A stretch of 64,000 bases of DNA from IMG/VR virus record IMGVR_UViG_3300017919_000016, positions 1-64,000 of that record; one strand, 5' to 3'. The notes under the pieces were generated by a model. The model did not search any database, had not been told where the DNA came from, and was given only the letters and a program-made list of their open reading frames with translations. Within the stretch, counting starts at the first letter, position 1. Every line of letters starts with the position of its first letter. A program made the position numbers and the translations under genes. Origin of the DNA: a virus (Duplodnaviria > Caudoviricetes). Shown in pieces: positions 1-11,400 of this stretch.

Positions 1-174
1 TTAGCGAGATAACATTTGTTTTAATTTTTGCTCACCTCGCCTCTCTTTTTCAGGCGATACCAAGTTTCTATTTATTTTAACGCTTTTGTTAGGAGTGGAA
101 ACAATTCTCTCGAATGACTCCACAGCCTTCTTGGTATTCAACGTGAAATCCTTATTAAAAGATGATGTGGCCAT
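1..174 (-). CDS. Small hypothetical protein (57 aa, MATSSFNKDF...), possible antitoxin
   Basis: ATG at 174 after SD AAAGGAGGG; paralogue at 13543-13734; TGnTATAAT upstream near 231-239. Confidence 0.65.
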   Translation of the reverse strand: MATSSFNKDFTLNTKKAVESFERIVSTPNKSVKINRNLVSPEKERRGEQKLKQMLSR

Positions 175-408
175 TCTAATCCCTCCTTTGCTATTATAAT
201 ATGCCTTACTCATTCTTTTGATACATATACATTATATCATATTCTGCCTTGATTGGCTAGATTCCTAATTTTTCTAGTTAGACCATTTTACCATCATTCA
301 GAATATCTTTCAAGAATTTTTTATTTTTGCGACTATTACTCTTGTCATTATTATACCCCGGATTAGTATTTATATCGACAAAATTCGAAAATTCATTACT
401 TCAAAATT

Positions 409-3400
409 TCAGCTTTCCGTATAATACTTCTGATCATGGCTGTAGATATATTCTGGAATCGTCCGTTTCAGTCTATCCATTTCAACCAATGGGTTGATTA
501 TCGTTGTCCTGAAATGTTCAATTGTCATCACATCTCCCATGAATGCTAACATCTCATGGCTAGTTCTAGGCGTTCGGCAATACTTCATAAGCTTTTTTAT
601 TTCAGGTCCGTTTAAAAAATCCAGTCGCTTCAAAAAGTTATCAAGCTTCCTTCGCTTAGTGATGAGCTTTTTATAGTTCTCATAAGTTACCGGCGTGGAC
701 CACTCAAGCCCGACTTTCAGATTGAACACCATTGTCCCATCTTTATAGATTATGCCAGATTCAATCAGCCTCTCAAATAATTCTCTGTTAAAGCTTGCTT
801 CTTCGACCTTAAGACCCGTCTCTAAAACCTTTGATGGAAGCAGTGATTTTCCGTACTTGGTTTGATCGAACCCATAAAAATTCATTCTTCTCTTCTTTCC
901 TAAAAGATCCTGAAGTTTGTAGCTATTAAAGAACCACTCCATTTCTGATTGTAGAAATTGTTGCTGCTCTCTTTTCTCTGTGTAGATTTTCAGTTGTTCC
1001 TGTATTGCCACAATCTTGCTCGTAAGCATATCAATTCGCTGGGAGTCTCTGCCCTTTTTGTTGAGCTCCTCATCCACCGCTTCGTAAAGTTTTTGATACA
1101 GCTCATTCATTCTATCTATCAGCTGTTTCTCCATACTTAGCTCTTCTTCACTTATCTCAAGCTCATCCATTTGCTTTTCATAGTAAGCCTTAAATTCAGG
1201 ATTTGAAATCATTTCAACCAGCAAATGCTGAAAATTGATTTCTAGATATTCTTGATTGAACTGTTTAGCATCACACGCCTGAAGCATATTCTGCAGGCCA
1301 TAACCACAGCGCCAAAATAGTGTAACGCTTGATTTTTTCTTGATCTTTTTCCTCTCAATTTCACCTGTTTTATCATCAAGCTTTTGAACTCTTTTTCTAT
1401 TTATATATCTTCCAAATCCAACTGTTCTACCACATTCTCCACATTTAAATTTATCAGTAAAAGCTTCATTTTTTACTTCCTCTTTTTCAAAACCGAGATG
1501 AACTCTTTTCACACTTTTTTGTCTCTCAGCTCTCATTTGTTGTACTTCATCCCACATGTCCTTCTCAATAATGGCCGGGTGGTGATCCTCAATATGAATC
1601 ATCGGCAGCTCTCCCCGGTTTGGAACAAGCGGTTGTTTACGTTCTGGATTTTTATATTTTTGATTGTGAATGTAATCCCCTTTGTAAACAACATTCACCA
1701 GGATGTTTTGAATGGAGGAATTGCTCCAAAGTCCGGAACCACATGGTGGCACGATACCCTCATCATTAAGTCTTTTAAAGATATCTGCTCGTCTGACCCC
1801 GTTCAAGTAATCCGTATATATGCGCCTAACAATTACTGCTTCCTCTTCTTTGATGACCCACTCTTTATTCTCGTTGTATTCATACCCATAGTTAAGCCTT
1901 CTTGGCCTGACTATCCCTCTACTGGCCAGCGCTCGTTTACCCCAGGAGATGGAACTTCCAATATTTCTACTCTCCTGCTGTGCTAAGGCTCCCATCAAGC
2001 TGACCATAAGCTCGCTGGTATCATCTTCTGATGAAATATTTTCTTTCTCGAAAATAATATAAGTCGGTGACTCTAATTCTCTCAAGATCCGTACATACTT
2101 AATTGCATCAATAGTATTTCGACTAAACCGTGACAATGATTTTGTCAGAATCAAATTGATTTTTCCTGCTTTGCAATCAGCAATCATTCTATTGAATCCT
2201 TCACGGTGTCTTGTTGAAGTTCCTGTAATGCCTTCATCTACATAGATACCAGCAAACTGATACTCGGGATTTTTGAGAATGGCGTAGGTATAAAAAGCTA
2301 TTTGGGTTTTTAGACTTGTCTCTTGTTCTTCCTTATCGGTCGACACTCGAACGTAGGCAGCGACCTTTAACTTCTTTTTAGTCTCAATCTTTGGGTGATA
2401 ATTGTCTTTTACGTTTTTATGGATGCGACTCATTAACTGCATATGCTGCTGATGATCAATCTGTGTTACTTGGGGTAATGCCACGTCGATTTCCTCCCTT
2501 CTCCCGTATTCTTTGATGCCTTCACTTGAATGAAGACTCTCTAATTTCTCTATCCTGTTATTTTTAGTGTCCGGTCCATATGAAGCTCTTGATATCAAAT
2601 TTTCAGTACTTAATGTCTTGGCCTCACGTTCATTGTCAATTGTGGCATCAGGTCCGGATATGAGTTCCGTTTGCTCAATTTTGGCGTCTCTAGATTTTCG
2701 GAAATCCTCAGCTTTACTTTTGCAAAGCTCAACATCACCCACACTCGTTTCGCTGCCATTAATCCAGTGAATCGTATAATTCTCGTCAGAATATATAGTA
2801 ACAGTAAAAATCCAGGCTCTCATGAGCTCCAGTGTTAGCTCAGTTAAGAAAGCCACTGAATCCTTTCCCTCACTAAGCCAGTCAAGAGCCTGGTCCCTGT
2901 ACTGCCTATCATCCTCTATCTGATTGATTTTATCTTCGAATTCTCCATATTGTTTACGCTTATCTTCAACATCCTCTAGCGTAAATCTGGATCCGATTAA
3001 ATGTTCCGCAATCTCAATTTCCGTTAAGTATTTGAGCCGATGAAATTCGAAATGGTCATTCTTATTTACCCACTCTATCATTTGCTCCAGCTCTTTAACT
3101 GTTCTATCAGATCCAAAATCAAACCATTCCTCAAAGCCTCTTTGAAGGATATCGCGCATAACTTCTTCCCTGATATAACTTGTAGGACATAGTTCCTTAT
3201 GCCCCACACGCAACTTGCAACCCCAATATGCTGCTTTCACTCGGTCTGTTGTTCTATAATGGATGTTCCCGCAATAACCGCATATAATCCGCCCTGCAAA
3301 AGGGCTGAATGTCTTTTTTGAGGTCGTGGTTTTATTTGGTCTATTGTCTTCAATAAGCTTTTGCACTTTCTCGAAGGTCTCCAAATCAATGATCGGTGGA

Positions 3401-4347
3401 TTTGCATTTTCAATTAAAATCTTATCTCTCATGCCCTTTGATGACCTAACCCTGTTCGTCATAAGATCCTTGTTTGTCGTTCTACCAATGTAATTCCCTG
3501 TATAAATCGGGAGGGTTAATATCTTCTTTACTGATGAAATGTTCCATGTATCCAGTCCTCTAGGCGTCTTGATACCACTAAGGGTCAATGTTCTCATGAT
3601 GTCTGTCTGAGATTTGCCGTTGAGGTATTCTCTGTAAATCCACCTAACAACGTCTGCTTCTTCATTAATAATCCTAAGTTCCGATCTACCAGAACCTTTT
3701 ACCAGTTCATATCCATAAGTCTTCTGGAAATATGGTCGACCGCTTAATAGTCTTTGCTCTATTCCCCACTTGCCCAGCTCTGACATTGCTTCCACTTCAG
3801 CTTGAGAAAGACTGCCATAGGTTGATAATAAAAAAGCATTATAATCGATGGATGTGTCAATTCGCTCTTTCTCGAAATATACCCCGGTGCCATGTCCTTT
3901 TAGTTCTTCAACGGCTTCAAGTAGTTCTTTTGTATTCCTTGAGAATCGCTGCACACTTTTGGTGATGATTAGGTCCAATTTGCCTTCTTCGGCATGGCGG
4001 AGCATTCTCTTAAAACTACGTCTATCCTTTATTGTCCTGCCAGAAATATTATCATCAAAATAGATCCCGACAAACTTCCAGTTAGGTTTATTCCGAATTA
4101 GTTCTGTATAATGACTCATCTGATTTTGAAGGGATCTTCCTCTTTTGTTCGGTGTTGGACTAACCCTGCAATAGGCGGCTACCCTTACTTCATCATCCGT
4201 TCTTTCAAGCGGACTTTTCCTCTTTTCATCTAAAGGGTTCCATAATGTTTGAACCCACTGCCTCGTATCATTGGGATTCATGTTTTCAATTTCATCCAAC
4301 TGATAAACAGTTGCTTTATTTACAGCATCATCTGATGTTTTGCCCAT
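409..4347 (-). CDS. LSR-C: tandem double large serine recombinase with C-terminal winged helix
   Basis: Two catalytic motifs (AAYCRVS, AAYVRVS), two SRFSRN-type motifs, two CxxCG zinc ribbons; SD GAGAGGAG. Confidence 0.92.
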   Translation of the reverse strand: MGKTSDDAVNKATVYQLDEIENMNPNDTRQWVQTLWNPLDEKRKSPLERTDDEVRVAAYCRVSPTPNKRGRSLQNQMSHYTELIRNKPNWKFVGIYFDDNISGRTIKDRRSFKRMLRHAEEGKLDLIITKSVQRFSRNTKELLEAVEELKGHGTGVYFEKERIDTSIDYNAFLLSTYGSLSQAEVEAMSELGKWGIEQRLLSGRPYFQKTYGYELVKGSGRSELRIINEEADVVRWIYREYLNGKSQTDIMRTLTLSGIKTPRGLDTWNISSVKKILTLPIYTGNYIGRTTNKDLMTNRVRSSKGMRDKILIENANPPIIDLETFEKVQKLIEDNRPNKTTTSKKTFSPFAGRIICGYCGNIHYRTTDRVKAAYWGCKLRVGHKELCPTSYIREEVMRDILQRGFEEWFDFGSDRTVKELEQMIEWVNKNDHFEFHRLKYLTEIEIAEHLIGSRFTLEDVEDKRKQYGEFEDKINQIEDDRQYRDQALDWLSEGKDSVAFLTELTLELMRAWIFTVTIYSDENYTIHWINGSETSVGDVELCKSKAEDFRKSRDAKIEQTELISGPDATIDNEREAKTLSTENLISRASYGPDTKNNRIEKLESLHSSEGIKEYGRREEIDVALPQVTQIDHQQHMQLMSRIHKNVKDNYHPKIETKKKLKVAAYVRVSTDKEEQETSLKTQIAFYTYAILKNPEYQFAGIYVDEGITGTSTRHREGFNRMIADCKAGKINLILTKSLSRFSRNTIDAIKYVRILRELESPTYIIFEKENISSEDDTSELMVSLMGALAQQESRNIGSSISWGKRALASRGIVRPRRLNYGYEYNENKEWVIKEEEAVIVRRIYTDYLNGVRRADIFKRLNDEGIVPPCGSGLWSNSSIQNILVNVVYKGDYIHNQKYKNPERKQPLVPNRGELPMIHIEDHHPAIIEKDMWDEVQQMRAERQKSVKRVHLGFEKEEVKNEAFTDKFKCGECGRTVGFGRYINRKRVQKLDDKTGEIERKKIKKKSSVTLFWRCGYGLQNMLQACDAKQFNQEYLEINFQHLLVEMISNPEFKAYYEKQMDELEISEEELSMEKQLIDRMNELYQKLYEAVDEELNKKGRDSQRIDMLTSKIVAIQEQLKIYTEKREQQQFLQSEMEWFFNSYKLQDLLGKKRRMNFYGFDQTKYGKSLLPSKVLETGLKVEEASFNRELFERLIESGIIYKDGTMVFNLKVGLEWSTPVTYENYKKLITKRRKLDNFLKRLDFLNGPEIKKLMKYCRTPRTSHEMLAFMGDVMTIEHFRTTIINPLVEMDRLKRTIPEYIYSHDQKYYTES

Positions 4348-4447
4348 AGAAAAAACTCCTCTCTTTTCGGTGATATACCTAGCTACTAGGTATGTTCACT
4401 CTGTACAGGATATAATGCAAGTACTTTATCCTGATTGAGGGAGTTTT
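4348..4447 (-). promoter_or_regulatory. LSR-C leader: promoter-like TTGCAT-N17-GAACAT inside an anti-SD fold-back
   Basis: Minus-strand AAAACTCCCTC (4437-4447) is complementary to SD GAGAGGAGTTTT (4352-4363); equivalent leaders precede all four C genes. Confidence 0.6.
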
Positions 4448-4510
4448 CATCTTTCTATGTTAAACACCTACAGTATTAAGGCGTTTGTTTTCATGATTTG
4501 GCTCGGCTGC

Positions 4511-5759
4511 CTACATGTAATCTTTACGGTCAGCGCTGATGCTCCATTTAATGCCGCATTTAAAATGGAAATCGACTTGATGATTGTCATGCACCACACC
4601 TTTTTCAATGGTCTTTACAAAAATATCTTCTCGAAAGCCATCGTCATCACTCAAGTCATCCAAACTTTCAATGAACTCTTCTAAATGTTTCTTTATAAAT
4701 ATGCTTTCGCTTTCCATCTTGCTTAAATTCTCATACTCGAGCTGAATGATCTCTTGCTCATAAATCATATGTCGCATTGTTGCATCATATACTGGATCAC
4801 TTGTAGCTGATTCTCTCGCCGCCAAATCACTGATTCTGTTAGTGATGTGTTCAAGCTTCGTCTCTAGTTCGACCAGTTTTTCCTGCTCCGCTTCTGTAAG
4901 GGCATAATCTTCACTGGCGAGTCGCGCTTCACGGATCACTTCATCACGATCATCATTCATCTCTTGGAGAATCTTCATGAAGGCTTTCTCCAATACTTCT
5001 TCCCATACATAACTCGCATTACATTTGATGCCTTTGTCTATATCCCTATGTGCTGCTACCCTGCAGTGCCATGTTGTAAAGTGATATTTTTCACCATTTT
5101 TTGATGAGGTCATTCGTCTGCGTGTAACGGGTCTGCCACATTTCCCGCAAAACAACATATTGGAAAATACGGATTTCCCGCTATAGGTCATCCTATACTT
5201 CTTTTCGGGATTTCTTAGTAGATCGTTTCTTCTTATGAGCTCCTTTTGAACCTTATCCCAATCCTCTTTTGAGATAATTGCAGGATGGTGATTTTGGATG
5301 TAATATTTCGGTTTGTGGTCTTTATTAGGAACTCTTTTATGGCTTAAAAAGTCTATTGTTACCGTCTTCTGTGCCACGCAATCTCCTGTATATTTTTCTT
5401 GGATCAATATTTTTCGAATTGAATCGCTGGTCCAGGTTTTCTTGCCCCTTGCTGTTAAAACGCCATCTTTCATCAACCCTTTAGCGATCCTTGCTGTTCC
5501 TTTTCCTTCTATAAATTCTCTAAATATCCGCCTCACAACTTCTGCTTCTTTTTCTAGAATAACAATCTTCCCATCTTCATTCGTATCGTATCCTAGAAAG
5601 TATGTGGTTGGTATATGAGGCTTACCTTGAGAGAAACGCTTTGTTACACCCCAGGTAGCATTCATGCTTAATGATTTTGATTCTTCCTGCGCGAGGGAGC
5701 TTAAAATTGTCAAAAATAGCTCTGATTTTGAGTCGAGTGTGTCCAAATTTTCCTTCTCG
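4511..5759 (-). pseudogene. 5'-truncated LSR-B lacking the catalytic N-terminus
   Basis: Matches 17908-19575 from EKENLDTLDSKSEL onward; homology stops at 5758-5759; no YxRVS motif and no SD. Confidence 0.9.
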
Positions 5760-5777
5760 CCTCGAATCTAAAAGGAT
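5758..5777. other. Putative recombination junction J1 (CG-cct-CGAATCTA-aaa-GGAT)
   Basis: Coincides with loss of LSR-B homology; same spacing as J2 and J3. Confidence 0.7.
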
Positions 5778-6370
5778 AAAAAGGAAACCCAATACACAGA
5801 AAAATGTCAAGAAATACTCTGTTTTGACCAGTAATTCTAGGATTTCGAAGTCTATAACGCAAAAAAAAGCCCACCACATTGTGATGAGCTGTAAAATTGA
5901 TCTATATATACGCTCTCAGAGCGATTTATACTTATCTGAATGAATCTTGGTTCATCTGAAATATGCTGAGTCTAATATACGACGTCTCATTATTTAATGC
6001 AAAACCATGAAAAGTCCACGCCTGAACTATACTATACTTCACTGGCAGATCGTTGCTTTTCAATTCTAATAAAACGAGTTTCTTCTATTATATATGTATT
6101 TATTCTGGCGGCTCTCATCCTAAACGATAATCTGTCCCGAGACATGAATTTTTGAAGGGTCACTGAAAAAACGACGCTTCAGTTTGCCCTGTAACGGATT
6201 TTAATTGATTTTATGACCCGTAGTTCCACCCATGGGCTAATTCCCTGAAATTGGCCACAAAAGCGATTTAGTCATTTGGGGCTTTAAAAAGCAAATAACC
6301 CACCAATATTCAGTCTAAGTTCGGTACTTTCCGAGCCTAGATGCCTTCATGGTGGGTTTCTTCATTTATA
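5760..6370. other. Conserved non-coding element-end module, copy 1
   Basis: Shares AGCCCA..TGAGCT hairpin (5868-5890), CGCTCTCAGAGCGATTT, CGTCTCATTA, CGCTTCAGTTTG.CCTGT.ACGG, GACCCGTAGTTC and long hairpin 6297-6358 with 43495-44173; partly shared with 13079-13543. Confidence 0.8.
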
Positions 6371-7330
6371 TTATCTAGTTTTCCATAATGCCATTGGGTG
6401 ATTTCTAATTCGTTCAATAATCTTCGCATCTTCAAAGAGTAGTTCTGGAACGTATTCTCCGCCTTCAAACTTATTCAGGAATTCCTTTTCTTCCTTCGTC
6501 AAAACCATCAGATCAGAAATGTACTCTTTAACAAGTTTCTTAGCCGACTCCAATTCAAAATCATCTTTTGTTTTAATGACAGGATTGAGATCTGTCTTAA
6601 TCTTCCTCTTAGTAATTGAGTCAATGCCTTTGGTATCAAAGGTCTTGTTTATACTGTTTTTATCTCTCGCTGATATGGCTGCATAGAATACAACGCACTT
6701 TCTCAGCATTTCCTCTTCCGATTCATCAAAGAGACCATAGTGAATCATATTTCTTGAATCATACAAATCCCTGGCTGCAGCTCTGCTTAGTAGCGCATTC
6801 ATCTTACTTCCGTATATCTCAAGTGGAGCTAGAGACTTCACCTTATACTCACTGGAAAAATGTTCAGTTATAATCGGTCTTTCTTCCGCTTCGAGAACGT
6901 GGGACCGTAATGAGTAATTGACTTCAATCTTGATATTATCCTTATTCCCGCTGGCTCCTATGTAGTCATAGACCCATGAGTCCAAGCTATGAGGATTCTT
7001 CGTCTTGGGATTTTTTGAATAACCCTGGGACACCATATAGCGATCAATAGTACTGTTAATGACCTCTCTACTTTCAAGCATTTCTTCTTTACTGTTGGTG
7101 ATTAAATAATCCAAATCTATATCTACAGAAAGACGTGGCAAGTTGAAAATCGTAAGATTAATTGCTGTGCCACCTTTTAATGCAAGACTATCTTTAAGAA
7201 TTGGATTTGTATTTAAATACTCCAGAATATCTGCTAGCCTCGTTACCTTTTCTAATGTATCCCTCACAAATCCTAATTCTTCAGCTTTTTTCCCTAAATA
7301 TATAATGTCGTAATTAGACAAGTATATCAC
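6371..7330 (-). CDS. abiEii: AbiEii/AbiGii-family nucleotidyltransferase toxin (type IV TA / abortive infection)
   Basis: LKGGTAINL..PRLSVDIDL nucleotidyltransferase motif and K..ALLSR..ARDLYD motif; overlaps the upstream antitoxin. Confidence 0.88.
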   Translation of the reverse strand: MIYLSNYDIIYLGKKAEELGFVRDTLEKVTRLADILEYLNTNPILKDSLALKGGTAINLTIFNLPRLSVDIDLDYLITNSKEEMLESREVINSTIDRYMVSQGYSKNPKTKNPHSLDSWVYDYIGASGNKDNIKIEVNYSLRSHVLEAEERPIITEHFSSEYKVKSLAPLEIYGSKMNALLSRAAARDLYDSRNMIHYGLFDESEEEMLRKCVVFYAAISARDKNSINKTFDTKGIDSITKRKIKTDLNPVIKTKDDFELESAKKLVKEYISDLMVLTKEEKEFLNKFEGGEYVPELLFEDAKIIERIRNHPMALWKTR

Positions 7331-8081
7331 CTCCTTGATCCGTTATTTCAAATAGCCCTTCCGGTACCATCAGTTCCCATTCACTGTTATAGAAGCTATC
7401 GTCCTTTGCTTCACTCACAAGGTACCGTCTGCTTTTTCCTATTTTACCTTTGCAATATTCTATGAACTCCTTCGATACCTGCATCTCTTTTCGATAATGA
7501 TCAAGGAGATATCCTACCCGTTGATATAGGCCCTGGGTATTATATATATCAAGGTATCGCTTCAGTTTCTTTTCATCCAAATACTGGATTCCTTCCAAGC
7601 AGTTCAACAATTCTTCAAACCCACCTATTTTATTGAAATCCCTTATGCTGTCAACAACTGTCCGTTCCATATCAGTTATTCTAACCCCGGTGGTGTTCTT
7701 TGCTTCAAAAACACCCTCACTCATCCTTGATGCAACATATTTATAAGTTACATGATCATATTCAAAATGATTGAACTTTGTTTCAGATGAAACATACACC
7801 TCATAGAACACTTGATTCGCCAATCCATAATATTCAAAAGCACTGTGATGAGAGATATATGCAGTGTCAGTTATAGCGCAAGCGATTTGATAACGAGTTG
7901 CCACAAGCTGCCCTGTTGTCGGGTTGACTACAGAGTATATGTTCTTTCGTATCTTTTTGACCAGATCCTTTTTCATTAAACGGTCCAGCTGGGAATAAGC
8001 TGTCTTTTCATTACCTACAAGATTCTTTACATCATCGATTGTAAAAACCGGATACTTCGCCAGTTCAGTTAACACATCCAC
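7314..8081 (-). CDS. abiEi: AbiEi-family antitoxin / transcriptional regulator
   Basis: N-terminal wHTH, YISHHSAFEYYGL and TDMERTVVD motifs; paired with AbiEii. Confidence 0.85.
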   Translation of the reverse strand: MDVLTELAKYPVFTIDDVKNLVGNEKTAYSQLDRLMKKDLVKKIRKNIYSVVNPTTGQLVATRYQIACAITDTAYISHHSAFEYYGLANQVFYEVYVSSETKFNHFEYDHVTYKYVASRMSEGVFEAKNTTGVRITDMERTVVDSIRDFNKIGGFEELLNCLEGIQYLDEKKLKRYLDIYNTQGLYQRVGYLLDHYRKEMQVSKEFIEYCKGKIGKSRRYLVSEAKDDSFYNSEWELMVPEGLFEITDQGGDILV

Positions 8082-8096
8082 TTATCTCACCTCTCT

Positions 8097-8399
8097 TTTT
8101 AATTTTGGCATGATTTTCTTCGCATTTAAAGAATAACGTTCCATTTTTAAAATTATTATAGCCGCTTTACTTTAGTGCTATTCATCTTTTTTTAATTTTA
8201 GCACGTTATTCTTCATAAGTAAAGAAAATCGTTCCATTTTTAAAAATAAACTGGATGGCCTTTGACTTTTTTAAGCATAAAAACAAACCCACCAAGTGGC
8301 TTGATCATTATAATCAGGCTACTCAGTGGGTTTCTTTGTGCGTTTTTAATTTTGTCATGATTTTCTTCATATTTTAAGAATAACGTTCCACTTTTAAAA
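8097..8399. repeat. Three ~56-bp imperfect palindromic repeats (about 8097-8152, 8189-8245, 8343-8399); probable AbiEi operators
   Basis: Consensus TTTTAATTTTG.CATGATTTTCTT-N8-AAGAATAACGTTCCATTTTTAAAA, upstream of abiEi. Confidence 0.75.
8285..8333 (-). terminator. Hairpin/terminator downstream of LSR-C
   Basis: AAACCCAC...GTGGGTTT stem followed by a T-tract on the minus strand; near-identical to 46490-46538. Confidence 0.7.
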
Positions 8400-8407
8400 A
8401 TGCATAC

Positions 8408-11400
8408 CTACTTTTTTACCGAATAATATTTCTGCAGCCTACTTGTTGGCTTATCCGGTATTGTTTCCTTAATAATTCCTTTTTCTAAAAGTGGCTTCAC
8501 GATAAACTTCTTAAAATTAGGATTTGTCAAATACCTTGGAAGATACTCACGCATTTCTGTTATTGTCTTCGGCTCTTCACAATATTTTAGTAAAGCCTTC
8601 ACTTCAGGCCCCTTTAAAAACTCTTTCTTTTCCAATTGCGTCTTTGCTTTTTTTCTACGCCTCTCCTGTTCTTGAAAGTCTTTATAGTTTATTGGTGCCT
8701 TCCACTCAAAACCAGAATGGAACAGATAAATAATCTGACCATCTTCTAGAATGGTCCCTTTTTCTATAAATTTTTCAAAAATTTCTCTTTTAAAATCAGG
8801 TGAGCTTTTGTAATATCCTAAATCATCATTCCCTTTATTTTTATAGGCTTCAAGATTCTTTCTAAGTTCTTCAATTTCTTTTGCTACTTCTTCCAGTTGT
8901 TCTTCACGAGCCGTATAACCTAGTAGTTTCTCTCTTATATCCATAATCTCATCAGTCAAATAATCAATAAGCTTTGCATCTTTACCTGCTTTCCCCAGCT
9001 CATCCTCTACAGCTTTGTATAACTGTTGATTTAACGCTTCTTTCTTCTGCTCTAGCTGTTCTCTTTGTATTTCTTCTTCTGGTGTAATCTTTAAAGCCTC
9101 CATAAATAAATCCAAGTACTCATCAAATGCAGGATTAAATTTTATATCCATTAGGACTTGAGAGAAGTTTTCTTCTACATAGTTTTGATTCAAATGAATA
9201 GAACCACAATGGCCTTTTAACCCCTTATTACACCGCCACCATCTCTTTTCATAACTCTTCATTTGTCTGTTAATTCCTCTTACATAGCCGACGACGGTTC
9301 CACATTCACCACAATATAGTTTCTTAGTAAAGGCATCATTCTTTTCCTTGTCCACTGGATATTTTTGAAAATTTTCTTTTCTGCTTTTTTCATTTTCTTC
9401 TAACATAGTTTGAACTCTTTTCCACTGCTCCCCATTAATAATTCCTTTATGATGACCTTCAATGAAATACATGGGCAGTTCTCCTGTGTTCTTCACCCGA
9501 TCGCTGGTTAAACTAAAGCCTGAATGAAATCTTTGATATATATAGTTTCCTCTGTAAATCTCAGAGCTTAATATCCTCCTAATGGTGCTCACCTGCCACA
9601 TCTTTTGTCCACCTGGTGTGGGAATAGACTCTTCTGTAAGCGTATTAGCTATCTCTCTCATGTTTTTTCCTTTTTCATAGTCATCATAGATCAGCTTCAC
9701 TACTTTTGCTTCTTCATCGTTTATTACCCATTCTTTATTTTTATCGTACTCATAACCGTAGCCTTGAACCGCAGGTCTTACAATACCTCTTTGGGCCAAA
9801 CTTTTTCTACCCCAGGCAATAGCTTCACCAATATTGACACTTTCCTCCTGTCCCAGTGCTGATAACAGATTAATCAAGACATTGCTTTTTTCAGAAAGAC
9901 TCAAAATATTTTCACGCTCGAACCACACTTCGACCTTTGGATCTAGACTTTTCAACATGTTTAAGTAGGTTAATGTATCGACAGTATTTCTAGCAAATCT
10001 AGAAATTGATTTTGTAATAATCAAGTCCACTTTTCCCTCTTTACAATCTTCCATCAGGCGCTTGAACTCATGCCTACCTTCAGTCGTTCTCCCGCTTTTT
10101 CCGTCATCTATATAGATATCAGCTAAGATATACCGTGGATCCTTGAGGATAAGGTACAGATAATATGAATATTGAGTTTTGATACTTGTTTTTTGCTGTT
10201 CCAGTTCTGTTGAAACTCGTACATATGCAGCTACTTTTAATTTCTTTTCTCTTACCACAGGTACACTCGTCTGCATGATCACAGAATTACTAAGTTGTTT
10301 TTGTATATTTTTAACCATCAAATTAGGCTCAAGTTTTCTTTCTGCTATCATCTTTCTGTCCTCCTCACCTACAGTATTTAAATCACCCCCTTTCTCCGAG
10401 GCGATTTGGATGTTTGTCATCAATTCAAAATTAGTGGCTTTTTGAACCACTAAATCCCCATTTGGATGCAACTCTGATAACGACTCTTCTATGTTTGGTT
10501 TTATGGGTATGCAGTTACCTATTTCTGTCTCTTTACCATCAATCCAATAAATTTTATAATCTTCTTTTGAGTAAATGACCATGGAGAGAATCCACGCCCG
10601 TAAGTATTCAATAGTGGCTTTCCCTTCAAATTCTTCAAATGTTTTAATATTCTCAAGCCACTTTATGGAATCAAGACGATACTTCCTATCATCTTCTATT
10701 TCTACTAGCCGGTTCTCAAACTTATCATAATCCCTTTCCATTTGAATGATATCATCATCTGTAAATTGAATATCTTTCAACCTTTTAGCCAATTGAATCT
10801 GTGTCAAGGCCTTAAGGCGATGAAACTCAAAGTAGTCATTCTTATTTATTCTAATCAACATTCTTCTAAGCATTTTAATCAATTTTGGATCTTGAGTATC
10901 AAAGCGTACTCTAAAAGCTTTTAGCATTATTTCAAGCATCAAGTCTTCCCGTATAGTCGGTGAGCTGCAGAGGTTTTTGTTTGTTATTGCCGAGACGCAC
11001 CTGAAATACTCCCATGGTTTATTTCTATTTCTTCTAAAATTCTGACCGCAGTTGCCACAGTGAATCCGCCTTGATAACGGATTGGGTCTAATTTGTTGAG
11101 GTTTAGTTTCCCTTTTGTTCTTGCTTCTCTCTTCTTGTACCCGGTCAAAGACTTCCTGACTTATAATCGCTGGATGGTGGTTCTCAATTAAATATTGATC
11201 CCGTATCCCTTCTGAAGACCGTCTTTTGTTGCTCATCAAATCTCTTGTAAGTTTCCTGGTCTTTGCGTTTCCTGTATAGGCAATGTTTGATAAGATTGAT
11301 GCTATCGTCTTCGGTCCCCACAGTTCCTTCCCAAAGTAGGTCCTGACTCCTCTAATGGTTAATTCACCTGCAATGGCATTATTACTCATACCATCAAGAT

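Larger units (their letters stand above)
1..5759 (-). mobile_element. Element E-1 remnant: truncated LSR-B, double LSR-C and small cargo ORF (continues past left edge)
   Basis: Closely parallels 13543-19155 of E1 at nucleotide and protein level; starts abruptly at the CG junction 5758-5759. Confidence 0.75.

Noticed and set aside
8097-8399. Possible CRISPR array
   Set aside because: Only three long degenerate units with unequal spacing, one gap is a terminator, no cas genes; better explained as AbiEi operators.
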